Shown: piece after piece, positions 45,112 through 57,965 of the stretch
Numbering within the stretch: position 1 is the stretch's first letter
How the letters are laid out: the number at the start of each line of letters is the position of its first letter
From: an uncultured Clostridia bacterium
GTDB lineage: Bacteria; Bacillota; Clostridia; Christensenellales; UBA1242
Reading direction: 5' to 3'
Length of the DNA stretch: 64,000 bases
Assembly: GCA_934756675.1 (NCBI GenBank)
Contig: CAKVLG010000005.1
Coordinates: 24,543 to 88,542, forward strand
The notes under the pieces: model-generated
Seen by the model: the letters and a program-made list of their open reading frames with translations, nothing else
The model's database searches: none
What the model was told of the DNA's origin: nothing
Position numbers and translations under genes: made by a program

Positions 45112-45489
45112 ATGCCAACCATTAACCAATTACTTAGACATGGTAAAGGGCGTGAGCAACAAACATACAAGGCAAAATCTCCAATCTTGGAGCAATGCCC
45201 ACAAAAAAGAGGCGTATGTTTGTCAGTTACCACAACATCTCCAAAGAAGCCTAACTCAGCTATGCGTAAAATTGCCAGAGTAAGACTTTCTAATAAGATG
45301 GAAGGTACTGTTTATATTCCAGGTGAAGGTCACAACTTACAAGAACACTCGGTTGTTCTTATTCGTGGCGGCCGTGTAAAGGACTTGCCTGGTGTTCGTT
45401 ATCATATTATTCGTGGTACACTTGATACTGCTGGTGTTAAGGATCGTAAACAAGCCAGAAGTAAGTATGGTGCTAAAAGACCTAAGTAA
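45112..45489 (+). CDS. rpsL: 30S ribosomal protein S12
   Basis: [15 protein letters not shown]...[10 protein letters not shown]. Confidence 0.97.
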   Translation: MPTINQLLRHGKGREQQTYKAKSPILEQCPQKRGVCLSVTTTSPKKPNSAMRKIARVRLSNKMEGTVYIPGEGHNLQEHSVVLIRGGRVKDLPGVRYHIIRGTLDTAGVKDRKQARSKYGAKRPK

Positions 45490-45513
45490 AAAATAAATTA
45501 AGGAGAGGAAATT

Positions 45514-45984
45514 ATGTCAAGAAGAAATAGTGCAGAAGTTCGTGATGTATTACCAGATCCAGTTTATGGATCTAAAGTTGTTACTAAACTTATTAACAAC
45601 GTTATGCTCGATGGTAAACACACAACAGCACAAACTATAGTTTATGATGCTTTGAATATCGCTTCTGAAAAACTTGGCGTTGCACCTATGGACCTTTTTA
45701 ACCAAGTGCTTGAAAACTTAAAGCCAGTACTTGAAGTTAAAGCTAGAAGAGTAGGTGGTTCAACATACCAAGTACCTATTGAAATTAGACCAGCAAGAAG
45801 ACAAACATTAGCTCTTAGATGGTTAGTTGCAGCTGCTAGAAACAGAAACGACAGAACTATGGCTGCTAAGCTTGCAGGTGAAATGATGGATGCTTACAAT
45901 AGCACCGGAAACGCTTTCAAGAAGAAGGAAGATGTTCATAGAATGGCAGAGGCAAACAAAGCGTTTGCATCTTACAGATGGTAA
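45514..45984 (+). CDS. rpsG: 30S ribosomal protein S7
   Basis: [20 protein letters not shown]...YQVPIEIRP. Confidence 0.97.
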   Translation: MSRRNSAEVRDVLPDPVYGSKVVTKLINNVMLDGKHTTAQTIVYDALNIASEKLGVAPMDLFNQVLENLKPVLEVKARRVGGSTYQVPIEIRPARRQTLALRWLVAAARNRNDRTMAAKLAGEMMDAYNSTGNAFKKKEDVHRMAEANKAFASYRW

Positions 45985-46080
45985 GATTATTCTAAGGGGT
46001 GCGAGATTGAGATTTTGGCTCAAATTTTCCGCCCTTTTTTGATTTTTAGACTAGAAAAATCTAAAAATGGTTAAAATCAT

Positions 46081-46109
46081 TTGATACATTAACAAAAAAT
46101 CACTATAAT
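46081..46109 (+). promoter_or_regulatory. Internal promoter ahead of fusA
   Basis: TTGATA (46081-86), 17 nt, TATAAT (46104-09), within the 169-nt rpsG-fusA spacer. Confidence 0.5.
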
Positions 46110-46153
46110 AATATAGTAATTTACAAATAAATTAAGGAGAAATTTAATATTTT

Positions 46154-48229
46154 ATGGCAAGAGACACAGTAATTGATATTACAAGAAACATTGGTATTAT
46201 GGCTCATATTGATGCTGGTAAAACAACAACAACTGAGCGTATTTTGTACTTTACTGGTAAATCTCATAAAATTGGTGAAGTTCATGATGGTCAAGCTACC
46301 ATGGACTGGATGGCGCAAGAACAAGAACGTGGTATCACAATCACTTCTGCAGCTACCACAACTTTCTGGAAAGGTCACAAGATTAACATTATTGATACAC
46401 CAGGACACGTTGACTTTACCATTGAAGTTGAGAGAAGCTTAAAGGTACTTGATGCTGCAATCGAACTCTTTACTGCGAAAGAAGGCGTTCAAGCCCAATC
46501 TCGTAAAGTTTGGAACCAAGCTAATAAATATCATGTACCAAGAATTGCGTTCATTAACAAAATGGATAACCCTGGCGCTGACTTCTATAACGTTGTTGCT
46601 TCTATCAAAGAACAACTTAAAGCTAACGCCGTACCTCTTCAATTACCAATCGGTAAAGAAGAATCATTTATTGGTGTTGTAGACCTTGTAGAAATGAAAG
46701 CTTATGTTTATCATGATGACAAAGGCGAACACTATGACACTGTAGAAATTCCTGCTGATATGAAGGATTTAGCTGAAGAATATCATTCAAAGATGATCGA
46801 ATCTGTTGCTGAAACAAACGATGAATTACTTGAAAAATATTTTAACGGCGAAGAATTTACAATTGCAGAAATCAAAAAAGCTATCAGAGAAGCAACTATC
46901 GAATTAAAGATGACACCAGTTCTTTGTGGTTCATCACTTAGAAACAAAGGTGTTCAAATGTTGCTTGATGCCGTTATTGATTATTTCCCAGCTCCTGTTG
47001 ATATCCCACCTGTTAAAGGTCACGATATGGACGGAAACGAAATAACAAGAGAAGCGTCATCTGAAGCTCCATTCTCTGGCTTAGCATTCAAGATCGCTAA
47101 AGATCCATTCGGAACACTTACATTCTTCCGTATCTATAGTGGTAAGATCGAAGCTGGTTCTTATGTTTACAACTCAACAAAGGACGAAAGAGAAAGAGTT
47201 GGTAGACTTGTTCGTATGCATGCTAACACAAGAACAGAAGAACAAGTTGCTTACGCTGGCGATATCGTAGCTATCGTAGGTTTGAAAGATACAACAACAG
47301 GTGATACACTCTGTGATGAAAAGAATCCAGTTATCCTTGAGAAAATGGATTTCCCAGAACCAGTTATCCAAGTTGCTGTTGAACCAAAAACAAAAGGCGA
47401 CCAAGAAAAGATGGCTAACGCTCTTGCAAAACTTGCAGAAGAAGATCCATCATTTAGAAGAGAAACCAATACAGAAACTGGTCAAACAATCATTTCTGGT
47501 ATGGGTGAACTTCACCTCGACATCATCGTTGATCGTATGAGAAGAGAATATAAAGTTGAATGTAACGTAGGTGCTCCTCAAGTTGCTTACCGTGAATCTA
47601 TCACAAAGCCAGCTAGAGACATCGAAGGTAAATTCATTCGTCAGTCAGGTGGTAAAGGTCAATATGGTCATTGTATTATCGACCTTGAACCAAGACAACC
47701 AGGCGAAGGTTATGAATTTGTCGATAAAGTTGTTGGTGGTGCTATTCCAAAAGAATATATCCCAGCAGTTGATAAAGGTATTCAAGAAGCTGCTGCTAGT
47801 GGTTTCTTAGCAGGATACGAAATGGTAGATTTTAGAGCTATCTTAAAAGATGGTTCTTACCATGAGGTCGATTCATCAGAAATGGCCTTTAAAATCGCAG
47901 GTTCTATGGCTTTTAAAGAAGCTTGCAAGAACGCCGGAGCAGTATTACTCGAACCAATCATGAACGTAGAAATCACTGTTCCAGATCAATACCTCGGTGA
48001 CGTTATGGGTGATGTATCTAAACGTAGAGGTCAATTACAGGGTACAACTTCTAATGCGGGAGTTCAAATAATAAGAGCACAAATTCCACTTGCTGAAATG
48101 TTTGGATATATTTCAGACCTTCGCAGTAAGACTCAAGGACTTGGTGACTTCAATATGGAACCTTCACATTATGCTGAAGTACCTAGAAATGTAGCCGAAA
48201 AAATTATCGGCGAAAGAGCGAAAAAGTAA
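46154..48229 (+). CDS. fusA: Elongation factor G
   Basis: 691 aa. [20 protein letters not shown] and DTPGHVDF. Confidence 0.97.
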   Translation: MARDTVIDITRNIGIMAHIDAGKTTTTERILYFTGKSHKIGEVHDGQATMDWMAQEQERGITITSAATTTFWKGHKINIIDTPGHVDFTIEVERSLKVLDAAIELFTAKEGVQAQSRKVWNQANKYHVPRIAFINKMDNPGADFYNVVASIKEQLKANAVPLQLPIGKEESFIGVVDLVEMKAYVYHDDKGEHYDTVEIPADMKDLAEEYHSKMIESVAETNDELLEKYFNGEEFTIAEIKKAIREATIELKMTPVLCGSSLRNKGVQMLLDAVIDYFPAPVDIPPVKGHDMDGNEITREASSEAPFSGLAFKIAKDPFGTLTFFRIYSGKIEAGSYVYNSTKDERERVGRLVRMHANTRTEEQVAYAGDIVAIVGLKDTTTGDTLCDEKNPVILEKMDFPEPVIQVAVEPKTKGDQEKMANALAKLAEEDPSFRRETNTETGQTIISGMGELHLDIIVDRMRREYKVECNVGAPQVAYRESITKPARDIEGKFIRQSGGKGQYGHCIIDLEPRQPGEGYEFVDKVVGGAIPKEYIPAVDKGIQEAAASGFLAGYEMVDFRAILKDGSYHEVDSSEMAFKIAGSMAFKEACKNAGAVLLEPIMNVEITVPDQYLGDVMGDVSKRRGQLQGTTSNAGVQIIRAQIPLAEMFGYISDLRSKTQGLGDFNMEPSHYAEVPRNVAEKIIGERAKK

Positions 48230-48252
48230 ATTAATAAAAGGAGAAAAAATAA

Positions 48253-49470
48253 ATGGCAAAACAAAAATTTGACAACTCAAAACCACACGTTAACATTGGT
48301 ACAATCGGCCACGTTGACCACGGTAAAACAACTCTTAGTGCTGCTATTTCTTTCATCGAAGGCCACTTCAATCCTATTGACGATAAAGAAGTTAAGGACT
48401 ACGATCAAATCGACTCAGCACCAGAAGAGAAAGCTAGAGGTATTACAATTAATACAGCTCACATTGAATACCAAACAGCAAACAGACACTATGCACACGT
48501 TGACTGCCCAGGACATGCTGACTATGTTAAGAACATGATCACAGGTGCAGCTCAAATGGATGGTGCTATCCTTGTAGTTGCTGCTACTGATGGTCCTATG
48601 CCTCAGACACGTGAGCACATCCTTCTTGCTCGTCAGGTTGGCGTTCCGTACATTGTTGTATTCATGAACAAAATGGATCAACTTGGTGGCGATACCGAAC
48701 TTGCAGACCTTGTTGAGATGGAAATCAGAGATCTTCTTACTCAATATGGTTTCGATGGTGACAACACACCAGTAATCAGAGGTTCAGCTCTTGAAGCTCT
48801 TGAAGCTGCTAAAGCTGGCAAATGGGACGACCCAGCAATTAAACCTATCCTTGAACTTATGGATGCTGTTGATACTTATATCCCAACTCCAAACAGAGAT
48901 AGTGACAAACCATTCTTGATGCCTATCGAAGATGTATTCACAATCACAGGTCGTGGTACAGTTGTTACAGGTAGAGTTGAAAGAGGTGTATTAAAAGTTA
49001 ACGATACAGTTGAAATCGTTGGTATGAACAACAAACCACAACAAACAGTTGTTACTGGTATTGAAATGTTCAGAAAGACACTTGACGAAGCTATTGCAGG
49101 ATACAACGTTGGTGTTCTTCTTCGTGGTACAACACGTGACCAAGTTGAAAGAGGTCAAATCCTTTGCAAACCTGGTTCAGTTCACCCACACACTGATTTC
49201 GAAGCTCAAGTTTATGTACTTACAAAAGATGAAGGTGGTCGTCATACTCCATTCTTCAACAACTATCGTCCACAATTCTATTTCAGAACAACAGACGTTA
49301 CAGGTACAATTGAACTTCCAGCAGGCGTTGAAATGGTAATGCCTGGTGATAACACAAAGATGACAGTTAAACTTATCACTCCTATCGCTATCGAAGAAGG
49401 TCTTCGTTTCGCTATTCGTGAAGGTGGTAGAACAGTTGGTTCTGGTGTTGTTACTAAGATCGACAAGTAA
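48253..49470 (+). CDS. tuf: Elongation factor Tu
   Basis: 405 aa. [18 protein letters not shown] and NKMD. Confidence 0.97.
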   Translation: MAKQKFDNSKPHVNIGTIGHVDHGKTTLSAAISFIEGHFNPIDDKEVKDYDQIDSAPEEKARGITINTAHIEYQTANRHYAHVDCPGHADYVKNMITGAAQMDGAILVVAATDGPMPQTREHILLARQVGVPYIVVFMNKMDQLGGDTELADLVEMEIRDLLTQYGFDGDNTPVIRGSALEALEAAKAGKWDDPAIKPILELMDAVDTYIPTPNRDSDKPFLMPIEDVFTITGRGTVVTGRVERGVLKVNDTVEIVGMNNKPQQTVVTGIEMFRKTLDEAIAGYNVGVLLRGTTRDQVERGQILCKPGSVHPHTDFEAQVYVLTKDEGGRHTPFFNNYRPQFYFRTTDVTGTIELPAGVEMVMPGDNTKMTVKLITPIAIEEGLRFAIREGGRTVGSGVVTKIDK

Positions 49471-49484
49471 TCAGATTACCTTTT

Positions 49485-49516
49485 ATCAGACAGAGAAATC
49501 TGTCTGATTTTTTTTG
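49485..49516 (+). terminator. Intrinsic terminator after tuf
   Basis: atcagacag-agaaat-ctgtctgat followed by a T-run. Confidence 0.85.
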
Positions 49517-49653
49517 TTTAAAATTATTATTTTTGATAAAACCTTTATTTTTTTGAATTTTTGTAAGGAATGTCAAAGTTTTGTGGTTTTGAATATTTTG
49601 TGTAAAAATGCTTGACAAATAGCAAAAAAATTAGAAATTTTTAAAAATATGTG

Positions 49654-49682
49654 TTGACTAGCCGATTTTACTATGTTATTAT
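49654..49682 (+). promoter_or_regulatory. Candidate rpoBC promoter
   Basis: TTGACT (49654-59), 17 nt, TATTAT (49677-82). This gives a ~166-nt leader before the ATG at 49855. Confidence 0.4.
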
Positions 49683-49854
49683 TATGTAGTTTACTATGAG
49701 TATTATCGCCATTTTGCCGTTTTATGTGAGTAGAATTGGTGAGATAAATTAATTTATCTAATATTTTTTTATTCAAAGTACTTGTATTTGGGCTTTGGGC
49801 CCACTCTTTTGTAAACGACATAATATTTTTTTTTATAACCCAAGGAGGGGTAAG

Positions 49855-52800
49855 ATGAATTCAAAAAATCTTAACGTAAAAAAAGTAAAGTATGGAAAGA
49901 GGGAGAGGTACAAATTCGGCAAGATTGACGAAGTGTTAGATATTCCTTATTTGGTTGAAATCCAAAAGGACAGTTATAACAACTTCTTAACAAAAGGTAT
50001 TCGCGACGTGCTTCGCGATTTTTCGCCAATCACAGATACCGACAATCTTCAACGTGATGTTAAAGACGAAGACAAAGATTGTAGAGTTGAACTTCATTTC
50101 TTGGACCATAGCGTATCGGGCACTCCTAAGTACACAGAAGCTGAGTGTAAAGCGAGAGATGCTACATACAGTTTACCTTTAAAAGTTAAAATCCGTCTTG
50201 TATATCGTGAGACGGGCGAAGTTGTCGACCAAGAAGTTTTCATGGGCGATATTCCTATTATGACCGATAACGGATCATTTATCATCAATGGTGCAGAACG
50301 TGCCATTGTTTCTCAGCTTGTAAGTAGCCCTGGTATTTATTGCAAAAAATCTGTTAATAAATCAGGTAACCTTGTAACTACAACCAACATTAAGCCTGGT
50401 CGTGGTGCATGGATTGATTTCGAAGAAGACCAAAATGGTGTTTTGTGGGTTCATCTAGACAGAACTAGAAAAATGGTTGCCACAATCTTTTTAAGAGCTC
50501 TTGGTCTTGCTACTAATGAGCAAATTTTGGATATGTTTGATCACCATCCAATTATTGTTAAAACTCTTGAAAAAGACTTTACAACAAACGAAGATGAAGC
50601 TTTAATCGAAATTTCTAAAAGATTACGTCCTGGCGAAGTTTTAAACTTTAAAGCTATTAAGAAAAACTTGGAAAAAACATTCTTCTATACAAGAAGATAT
50701 GATTTGACAACTGTTGGTCGTTATAAATATAACCAAAAACTTTGCTTAGCCACACGTATCGCCGGTCAAACTCTTGCAGAAGATATTAAAGTTAAAAATA
50801 AACTTATTGCTTCTGCTGGTGAAGTTATTAGCGAAGAAACAGCTAAAGCTATTATGAATTCTGGTATAAACAAAGTTTATGTTGCAACCAAAAACGGCAC
50901 TTTTGGTATTCTTGGTAACAACAGAGTTGACTTAAAGGCATACCTTGGCATCAACCCACCAGAAGCTGAAATTGATGACTATGTTCATCTTCCTTCTCTT
51001 CTTGAAGTTATTAATGGCTGCAAGACAGACGAAGAAAAGAAGCAAGCTATTATTGCAAATAGAGATTTATTAATGGGTAGACATATCTATCTTGATGATA
51101 TTATGGCTGCTATTAACTATCACTTGTCACTTTCTGAAGGCCTTGGTAACCTTGACGATGTTGACCACCTTGGTAACCGTCGTATTAGAACAGTAGGCGA
51201 ATTGCTTGTTAATCAATTCTTTATTGGTATGGCTCGTCTTGAAAAAGTTATTTCAGAAAAAATGCAAGTACAAAACGTTAACGAAGTTTCTCCAAACAGT
51301 TTGATTAACGTTCGTCCTATTTCTGCTGCTATCCGTGAATTCTTTGGTTCGAGCCAAATGTCACAATTCATGGAACAAACAAACCCAATCGCTGCTCTTA
51401 CTCATAAGAGAAAAGTATCGTCTATTGGACCTGGTGCTTTGACTCGTGAAAGAGCGGGCTTTGAAGTTCGTGATGTGCACTATACACACTATGGTCGTTT
51501 GTGTCCTAACGAAACTCCAGAAGGTCAAAACATTGGTCTTATCAACAGTTTGGCAACATACGCAAGAATTAACAAATATGGTTTCCTTGAAGCTCCATAT
51601 AAAAAGGTTAACAAAGAAACTGGCGTAGTTACCGACAAAGTTGAATATATGACTGCCGATGTCGAAGAAAAATATGTTATCGCTCAAGCGAACGAACCTC
51701 TCGATAGCGAAAACAAATTCGTTAATAAGAAAGTTATTTGTAGAAAGAAAGGGGAAATCGTCGAACTTCCAGCTAGTTATACAGACTATATGGATATTTC
51801 TCCAAAAGAGCTTGTTTCTATTGCTACAACACTTGTACCATTCATCGAACATGATGATGCTACCCGTGCGATGATGGCATCTAACCAACAACGTCAAGCA
51901 GTTCCACTTCTCAAAACAGAAGCTCCTATTATTGCCACTGGTACAGAATATAGAATTGCAGTTGATAGTGGTGTTGTTATCGTTGCTAAAAACGATGGTG
52001 TTGCAAAATATGTAAGTGGTGAAAAGATTATTATTCAAACAGCTACTGGTGACGACACATACGAATTAACAAAATTTGTACGTTCGAACAACGGTACATG
52101 TTTGCGTCAAAAACCTATCATTAACACTGGCGACAAGATTAAGAAAGGTGATGTTATTGCCGATGGTCCATCAACAAATCAAGGCGAGCTTTCAATTGGT
52201 AAAAACATTCTCGTAGCATTCATGCCATGGGAAGGTTATAACTATGAAGACGCTGTCATCATTTCTGAAAAACTTGTACGTGATGATGTTTTAACATCTA
52301 TTCACATTGAAGAGTATGAAACTGATGCAAGAGATACAAAACTTGGACCAGAAGATATTACTCGTGATATACCAAACCTTGGTGAAGAAGCACTTCATAA
52401 CCTTGATGAAAATGGTATTGTTAGAATTGGTGCAGAAGTTGAACCTGGCGATATTTTAGTTGGAAAGGTAACTCCAAAGGGTGAAACAGAATTGACACCA
52501 GAAGAAAGATTACTCCGTGCTATCTTTGGTGAAAAAGCACGTGAAGTTAGAGATACATCTCTCCGTGTACAACATGGTGAAGGTGGTGTCGTTGTTGACG
52601 TTAAAGTATTTACTCGTGAAAACAAAGACGAGCTTGGTACTGGCGTTAATAAAGTTGTTAGAGTTTACATTGCTCAAAAGAGAAAGATGAGCGTTGGTGA
52701 TAAGATGTCTGGTCGTCATGGTAACAAAGGCGTTGTTTCTATTATCGTTCCAGAAGCAGATATGCCATTCATGCCAGACGGTAGTCCTATCCAAATCGTA

Positions 52801-53580
52801 CTTAACCCACTTGGCGTTCCTTCTCGTATGAATATTGGTCAGCTTTTCGAAACACACTTAGGCTTGGTTGCAAAAGCTCTTGATTGGAAGATTGCAACTC
52901 CTGTATTCGATGGTGCTACTGACCAAGAAATTAAACAAATGCTTGTTGATAATGGTTTCCCAGCAGATGGCAAGATGCAACTTTATGATGGACGTACTGG
53001 TGAACCTTTCGAAAACCGTGCAACAGTAGGTTATATGTACATGCTTAAATTGCATCACCTTGTTGATGATAAGATGCATGCTCGTTCTACTGGTCCATAC
53101 TCACTTGTTACACAACAACCTCTTGGTGGTAAAGCTCAATTTGGTGGCCAAAGATTTGGTGAAATGGAAGTTTGGGCTCTTGAAGCTTATGGCGCTGCTA
53201 ACACACTTCAAGAAATGCTTACCGTTAAATCTGATGATGTTGTTGGTAGACTTAAAACTTACGAGTCAATTGTTAAGAATGAAACAGTTGCTGAACCAGG
53301 CATACCTGAATCGTTCAAAGTATTAATCAAAGAACTTCAAGGCTTGGCTCTTGATATTAAAGTTCTTACAGAAGATAAACAAGAAATTGGTTTGAAAGAC
53401 TTAACAGATGATGACCGTGAACTTGAAACAATCAAACCAGACAAACGTAAACTTCAAGATGAAATTGATGTTAACCTTGAAGAAATAGAAGAACCAGTAC
53501 TTGAAGAAGAAACTGTTTTCGACCCTAATGAAGACAATGATGCTGGAAACTTATTCGATTTCGACGATGATTTTGAATAA
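49855..53580 (+). CDS. rpoB: DNA-directed RNA polymerase subunit beta
   Basis: AAGGAGGGG lies 5 nt upstream of the ATG at 49855 ([24 protein letters not shown]...). The listed start at 49795 is an upstream in-frame artefact. Confidence 0.97.
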   Translation: MNSKNLNVKKVKYGKRERYKFGKIDEVLDIPYLVEIQKDSYNNFLTKGIRDVLRDFSPITDTDNLQRDVKDEDKDCRVELHFLDHSVSGTPKYTEAECKARDATYSLPLKVKIRLVYRETGEVVDQEVFMGDIPIMTDNGSFIINGAERAIVSQLVSSPGIYCKKSVNKSGNLVTTTNIKPGRGAWIDFEEDQNGVLWVHLDRTRKMVATIFLRALGLATNEQILDMFDHHPIIVKTLEKDFTTNEDEALIEISKRLRPGEVLNFKAIKKNLEKTFFYTRRYDLTTVGRYKYNQKLCLATRIAGQTLAEDIKVKNKLIASAGEVISEETAKAIMNSGINKVYVATKNGTFGILGNNRVDLKAYLGINPPEAEIDDYVHLPSLLEVINGCKTDEEKKQAIIANRDLLMGRHIYLDDIMAAINYHLSLSEGLGNLDDVDHLGNRRIRTVGELLVNQFFIGMARLEKVISEKMQVQNVNEVSPNSLINVRPISAAIREFFGSSQMSQFMEQTNPIAALTHKRKVSSIGPGALTRERAGFEVRDVHYTHYGRLCPNETPEGQNIGLINSLATYARINKYGFLEAPYKKVNKETGVVTDKVEYMTADVEEKYVIAQANEPLDSENKFVNKKVICRKKGEIVELPASYTDYMDISPKELVSIATTLVPFIEHDDATRAMMASNQQRQAVPLLKTEAPIIATGTEYRIAVDSGVVIVAKNDGVAKYVSGEKIIIQTATGDDTYELTKFVRSNNGTCLRQKPIINTGDKIKKGDVIADGPSTNQGELSIGKNILVAFMPWEGYNYEDAVIISEKLVRDDVLTSIHIEEYETDARDTKLGPEDITRDIPNLGEEALHNLDENGIVRIGAEVEPGDILVGKVTPKGETELTPEERLLRAIFGEKAREVRDTSLRVQHGEGGVVVDVKVFTRENKDELGTGVNKVVRVYIAQKRKMSVGDKMSGRHGNKGVVSIIVPEADMPFMPDGSPIQIVLNPLGVPSRMNIGQLFETHLGLVAKALDWKIATPVFDGATDQEIKQMLVDNGFPADGKMQLYDGRTGEPFENRATVGYMYMLKLHHLVDDKMHARSTGPYSLVTQQPLGGKAQFGGQRFGEMEVWALEAYGAANTLQEMLTVKSDDVVGRLKTYESIVKNETVAEPGIPESFKVLIKELQGLALDIKVLTEDKQEIGLKDLTDDDRELETIKPDKRKLQDEIDVNLEEIEEPVLEEETVFDPNEDNDAGNLFDFDDDFE

Positions 53581-53606
53581 TAAATAAAAGAAAAGAGGAA
53601 TAAAGA

Positions 53607-56600
53607 ATGTTTGAATTAAATAATTTTGACTCGATTCAAATCGGACTTGCAAGTCCAGAAAAAATACGTGAATGGTCTTATGGCGAAGTTACAAAGCCAG
53701 AGACCATCAACTATCGTACTCAAAAACCAGAAAGAGATGGTTTGTTTTGTGAACGTATTTTTGGACCTACAAAAGACTGGGAGTGTCATTGTGGCAAATA
53801 CAAGAGAATAAGATACAAAGGCGTTATCTGTGATAAATGTGGCGTAGAAGTTACCCGCGCAAAGGTAAGAAGAGAAAGAATGGGTCACATTGAACTTGTT
53901 ACACCAGTATCTCATATCTGGTATTTTAAGGGCGTTCCTTCTAGAATTGGTACACTTCTTGATATGTCACTTAAAGCTTTGGAACAAGTGCTTTATTACA
54001 CATCTTATGTTGTTACCGATCCGGGCGACACTGACCTTGAATTTAAACAAATTTTAAACGATAGAGAATATCGTGAAGCTATTGATAAGTTTGGTTCAAA
54101 AGCATTTAAAGCTGGCATGGGTGCTGAAGTAATCAAAGAATTGCTTAGCCGTGTTGATATTGAAGCTGAAGCTGCTGAATGCAAAAAAATTGTAGAAACA
54201 AGCAAAGGTCAAAAGAAACTTAAAGCTGCCAAAAAACTTGGTTTGCTTGAAGCCTTTAGACGCAATAATGCTAAACCAGAATGGATGATTCTTGATGTGG
54301 TTCCTGTTATTCCACCAGACCTTCGTCCTATGGTTCCACTTGATGGTGGTCGTTTCGCAACAAGCGATTTGAACGATTTGTATAGAAGAGTTATTAACAG
54401 AAATAATAGACTTAAAAAATTACTTGAACTTGGAGCTCCTGATATCATTATTAGAAATGAAAAGAGAATGCTTCAAGAAGCTGTCGATGCATTAATCGAC
54501 AACGGCCGCAGAGGCAAAGCTATTACTGGTGCTGGCGGACGTGAACTTAAATCACTTTCTGGATTACTTCGTGGTAAACAAGGTAGATTCCGTCAAAACT
54601 TACTTGGTAAACGTGTTGACTATTCTGGTCGTTCGGTTATCGTTGTCGGACCAAACCTCAAGATTTATCAATGCGGTCTTCCAAAAGAAATGGCACTTGA
54701 ACTCTTTAAGCCATTTGTTATGAAACGTTTGGTTGATTTGAACCAATCACATAACATTAAGAGTGCTAAACGTGTCGTTGAAAGAGCTAGACCAATCGTT
54801 TGGGACGTTCTTGAAGATGTTATTAAAGACCACCCAGTTCTTTTGAACCGTGCGCCTACACTTCACAGACTTGGTATCCAAGCGTATGAACCTATCCTTG
54901 TAGAAGGTAGAGCTATGAAACTTCACCCACTTGCATGTCCTGCATTTGGTGCGGACTTCGATGGTGACCAAATGGCTATCCACCTTCCACTTTCGATTGA
55001 AGCTCAAGCTGAAGCAAGATTCTTGATGATTGCTTCTAACAACATATTAAAACCAAGCAGTGGTGAACCTATCACTGTTCCAAACCAAGATATGATTTTT
55101 GGTAACTATTACCTTACTTATGCAAAAGAAGGTGATAAGGGTGAAGGTAGAAACTTTATTAACAAAGAAGAAGCTTTGCTTGCTTATAACAATGGAGAAA
55201 TTACACTTCATTCTATTATCAACGTTCGTGTTACAAAAACTATCGATGGTAAAGTATATAGCACAAGACTTAAGACTACGGTTGGTAGATTAATCTTTAA
55301 CGAGATTATTCCACAAAATCTTGGATTGCTCGAAAGAAAAACTCCAGAAGACCAATTGAAACTCGAAGTTGACTATTCTATTGCTAAAAAGCAAATTAAG
55401 AGCATTATTCAAGCTGCATACGACAACCTTGGTCCAACAGCTACAGCAAAATTGCTTGATGACTTAAAAGATTTAGGCTTTAAATATTCTACAAAAGCAT
55501 GTTTAACAGCCAACCTATTTGATATTCGTGAAACAAGTAAGAGAGACGAAATCATCGAAGAAGCTAACGAACTTGCTAAGACAACAGAACAACAATACAG
55601 ACGTGGTCTTATAACTGGCGATGAAAAGAGTATTAAACTTTTAAACATTTGGAATGGTGCCATGAACAAGATGCAAAGCGAAACAATGCTTGCATACGAA
55701 GAAGGTAACCCACTCCGCATGATGGTTGACTCTTCTGCCCGTGGTTCTGCTGGTAACATGAACCAACTTTCTGGTATCCTTGGTCTTAAGGTATCTACAT
55801 CTGGTAAGGTTATCGAAGTTCCTATTCGTGCAAGCTTTAAGAAAGGTTTGTCTGTCGTTGAATACTTTATTGCTACACGTGGTGGTAGAAAAGGTATGGT
55901 TGATAAGGCGCTTAAGACTGCCGATGCTGGTTACTTAACACGTCGTCTTGTCGATGTTGCTCAAGAAGTTATTGTTGGCGAAGAAGACTGTTATGCTGCA
56001 CTTGGTGAAAAACCAAAGGGAATGAAAATTTCTGCTCTTTATAACGAAGGAAACGTTATTGAGCCATTGTCTCAACGTATTTCTGGTCGTTGCCCAGTTG
56101 GCGACATTGTTAACCCTACAACTGGTGAAGTTATCGCAAAAGATAACGAAATGATTACTCCAGAACAAGCTAAAGCTGTTGAAGCTGCTGGCATTAAAAC
56201 TGTTGAAATCAGAACAATCTTTACTTGTAAGTCAAAGACGGGAGCATGTGCTAAATGTTATGGCCGTGACATGGCATCTCGTGGTATGGTTAATGTTGGT
56301 GAAGCTGTTGGTACAATCGCAGCTCAATCAATTGGTGAACCTGGTACACAGCTTACAATGAAGGTCTTCCAATCTGGTGGTGCTTCGAACGCGGACGATA
56401 TTACTCAAGGTCTTCCAAGAGTTGAAGAAGTCTTTGAAGCTAAGAAACCAAAGGGTGTTGCTGTTATTAGTGAAGTTAATGGTAAAGTTACAAACATTGA
56501 CGAAGCTAAACAAGTTATCGACATCATGGCTGACACTGGTGAGGAAGTACAATACAATGTTTCTTATGGTTCTAAGTTTAAAGTTAAGAAAGGCGACGTT

Positions 56601-57188
56601 GTTGAACCTGGTACACAACTTACCGAAGGTCCACTTAACCCACACGATATCTTAAAGACAAAAGGTATCAAGGGAGTTCAAGACTATATGCTTAGTGAAA
56701 TTCACAAAGTTTATAAGAACAACTCAGTTGATGTTAACGATAAACACCTTGAAATTATTATTCGTCAAATGCTTAGAAAGGTTAAAGTTGAAGAGTCTGG
56801 CGATACAGAATTCTTACCTGGTGACCTTGTTGATATCTTTAAGTATGATGAAGAAAACGAAAGAGTACTTGCAAATGGTGGCGAACCAGCAACTGCAAAA
56901 CGTATACTTCTTTCTGTTACAAAATCTGCACTTGCATCTGATGGCTTCCTTGCTGCTGCTTCCTTCCAGGAAACAGTTAGAGTATTGACTGATGCTGCAA
57001 TCAAAGCAAAAGTCGATGACCTTGAAGGCTTGAAGGGTAACATTATTATCGGTAAACTTATTCCTGCCGGTACTGGTGTTAGAAAATATAGAGAAGCTTC
57101 TCCACGCTATGCAAAAGCAAGTGGTGTAGAACCAGCAACTGCTATAGATTCATCTATTCTTGAAACATCTGATGAAACAGAAGGATAA
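53607..57188 (+). CDS. rpoC: DNA-directed RNA polymerase subunit beta'
   Basis: 1193 aa. NADFDGDQM catalytic motif (here GADFDGDQM) and an N-terminal zinc-binding CHCGKY...CDKCGVEV. Confidence 0.97.
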   Translation: MFELNNFDSIQIGLASPEKIREWSYGEVTKPETINYRTQKPERDGLFCERIFGPTKDWECHCGKYKRIRYKGVICDKCGVEVTRAKVRRERMGHIELVTPVSHIWYFKGVPSRIGTLLDMSLKALEQVLYYTSYVVTDPGDTDLEFKQILNDREYREAIDKFGSKAFKAGMGAEVIKELLSRVDIEAEAAECKKIVETSKGQKKLKAAKKLGLLEAFRRNNAKPEWMILDVVPVIPPDLRPMVPLDGGRFATSDLNDLYRRVINRNNRLKKLLELGAPDIIIRNEKRMLQEAVDALIDNGRRGKAITGAGGRELKSLSGLLRGKQGRFRQNLLGKRVDYSGRSVIVVGPNLKIYQCGLPKEMALELFKPFVMKRLVDLNQSHNIKSAKRVVERARPIVWDVLEDVIKDHPVLLNRAPTLHRLGIQAYEPILVEGRAMKLHPLACPAFGADFDGDQMAIHLPLSIEAQAEARFLMIASNNILKPSSGEPITVPNQDMIFGNYYLTYAKEGDKGEGRNFINKEEALLAYNNGEITLHSIINVRVTKTIDGKVYSTRLKTTVGRLIFNEIIPQNLGLLERKTPEDQLKLEVDYSIAKKQIKSIIQAAYDNLGPTATAKLLDDLKDLGFKYSTKACLTANLFDIRETSKRDEIIEEANELAKTTEQQYRRGLITGDEKSIKLLNIWNGAMNKMQSETMLAYEEGNPLRMMVDSSARGSAGNMNQLSGILGLKVSTSGKVIEVPIRASFKKGLSVVEYFIATRGGRKGMVDKALKTADAGYLTRRLVDVAQEVIVGEEDCYAALGEKPKGMKISALYNEGNVIEPLSQRISGRCPVGDIVNPTTGEVIAKDNEMITPEQAKAVEAAGIKTVEIRTIFTCKSKTGACAKCYGRDMASRGMVNVGEAVGTIAAQSIGEPGTQLTMKVFQSGGASNADDITQGLPRVEEVFEAKKPKGVAVISEVNGKVTNIDEAKQVIDIMADTGEEVQYNVSYGSKFKVKKGDVVEPGTQLTEGPLNPHDILKTKGIKGVQDYMLSEIHKVYKNNSVDVNDKHLEIIIRQMLRKVKVEESGDTEFLPGDLVDIFKYDEENERVLANGGEPATAKRILLSVTKSALASDGFLAAASFQETVRVLTDAAIKAKVDDLEGLKGNIIIGKLIPAGTGVRKYREASPRYAKASGVEPATAIDSSILETSDETEG

Positions 57189-57192
57189 CAAT

Positions 57193-57222
57193 AAAAAATC
57201 ACGCTAAATGCGTGATTTTTTT
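57193..57222. terminator. Bidirectional terminator between rpoC and the convergent HD gene
   Basis: A-run, atcacgc-taaat-gcgtgat, then T7. Confidence 0.85.
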
Positions 57223-57241
57223 GTGTTTATTTTTTGTATAA

Positions 57242-57838
57242 CTAATTATCTAAGTCAGTTTCGTCAAGATATGTTGCTTCCATATCTGCAATGTGCACCA
57301 AAAAAGCCATAGGGTATTTTTTAAATGCGACAGAGTATGTTGTGTCGCCACCAACGGCACGCTTGTCGGCAAGCCCCATGTGCCAGTTAATAGCCATAGC
57401 TTCTTCACGAGTTAAGCGCATAAAGCCGTTAATAATATAAACACTTTTTTCGCCATGACCATATGGCAAAGCGTCTTCTATTGTATAATATGGTTTTTGC
57501 ACCCAAACGCCGTCTTCTTTGACATTTCTGTAATCTGTTTTATAGAAGTTTGCCTTGCAAATATCATGAAATAAGGCGATGATTGCAACTGTTTCGGGAT
57601 TATATCCGCTTTCGCCATATTCTGTCAGGCAAAGTTGTTCTAGCCTGTAATATACATTAAGAGAATGAGCGCAAAGCCCACCTTCTTCGCACAAATGGTA
57701 CCTTGAAGATGCTGGCGCGGTGAAGAAGTCTGTGTTTTCGAGATATTTTAATAATTCGTCAATGCCGTCGCGTTTTATATTTGTTTTGGCAATTGTGATA
57801 AAATCTTGTTTGTTTTGTTCAATTAAATCTTTTTCCAT
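57242..57838 (-). CDS. HD-domain phosphohydrolase
   Basis: 198 aa. The H...HD pattern is present (CAHSLNVY ... ALFHDICK). Leaderless-type promoter. Confidence 0.7.
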   Translation of the reverse strand: MEKDLIEQNKQDFITIAKTNIKRDGIDELLKYLENTDFFTAPASSRYHLCEEGGLCAHSLNVYYRLEQLCLTEYGESGYNPETVAIIALFHDICKANFYKTDYRNVKEDGVWVQKPYYTIEDALPYGHGEKSVYIINGFMRLTREEAMAINWHMGLADKRAVGGDTTYSVAFKKYPMAFLVHIADMEATYLDETDLDN

Positions 57839-57844
57839 GCCAAA

Positions 57845-57873
57845 ATTATAGCAAACCGCATATCGTTTTGCAA
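57845..57873 (-). promoter_or_regulatory. Consensus promoter placing the TSS on the HD-gene start codon
   Basis: Minus strand: TTGCAA (57873-68), 17 nt, TGcTATAAT (57853-45), 6 nt (tttggc), ATG 57838. No SD. Confidence 0.6.
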
Positions 57874-57965
57874 TAAAATAGCACTTTATTGTTGCAATTT
57901 TTACAATTTGACAAAGATTTAGTCTATGTTGTATATTAAATTAAAAGAGAAAGGAGGGGGAAGAC

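Noticed and set aside
45985-46080. An apparent terminator-like structure in the rpsG-fusA spacer (ggggtgcg...ccgccctttttt and gattttt-agactag-aaaaatc).
   Set aside because: The GC arms do not pair well (two mismatches in six), and the AT hairpin is weak. I annotate only the downstream promoter (46081-46109) and leave the termination function unassigned.
49795-49854. 5'-extended ORF starts in the supplied track: rpoB at 49795, rpsF at 35501, mrnC at 61103, cwlD at 60388, glnS at 38094, aspS at 27051, and the DUF3592-like gene at 10080.
   Set aside because: In each case a downstream ATG has a proper SD or sits directly after a -10 box, and it matches the conserved N-terminus of the family. The extensions overlap promoters or SD sequences.
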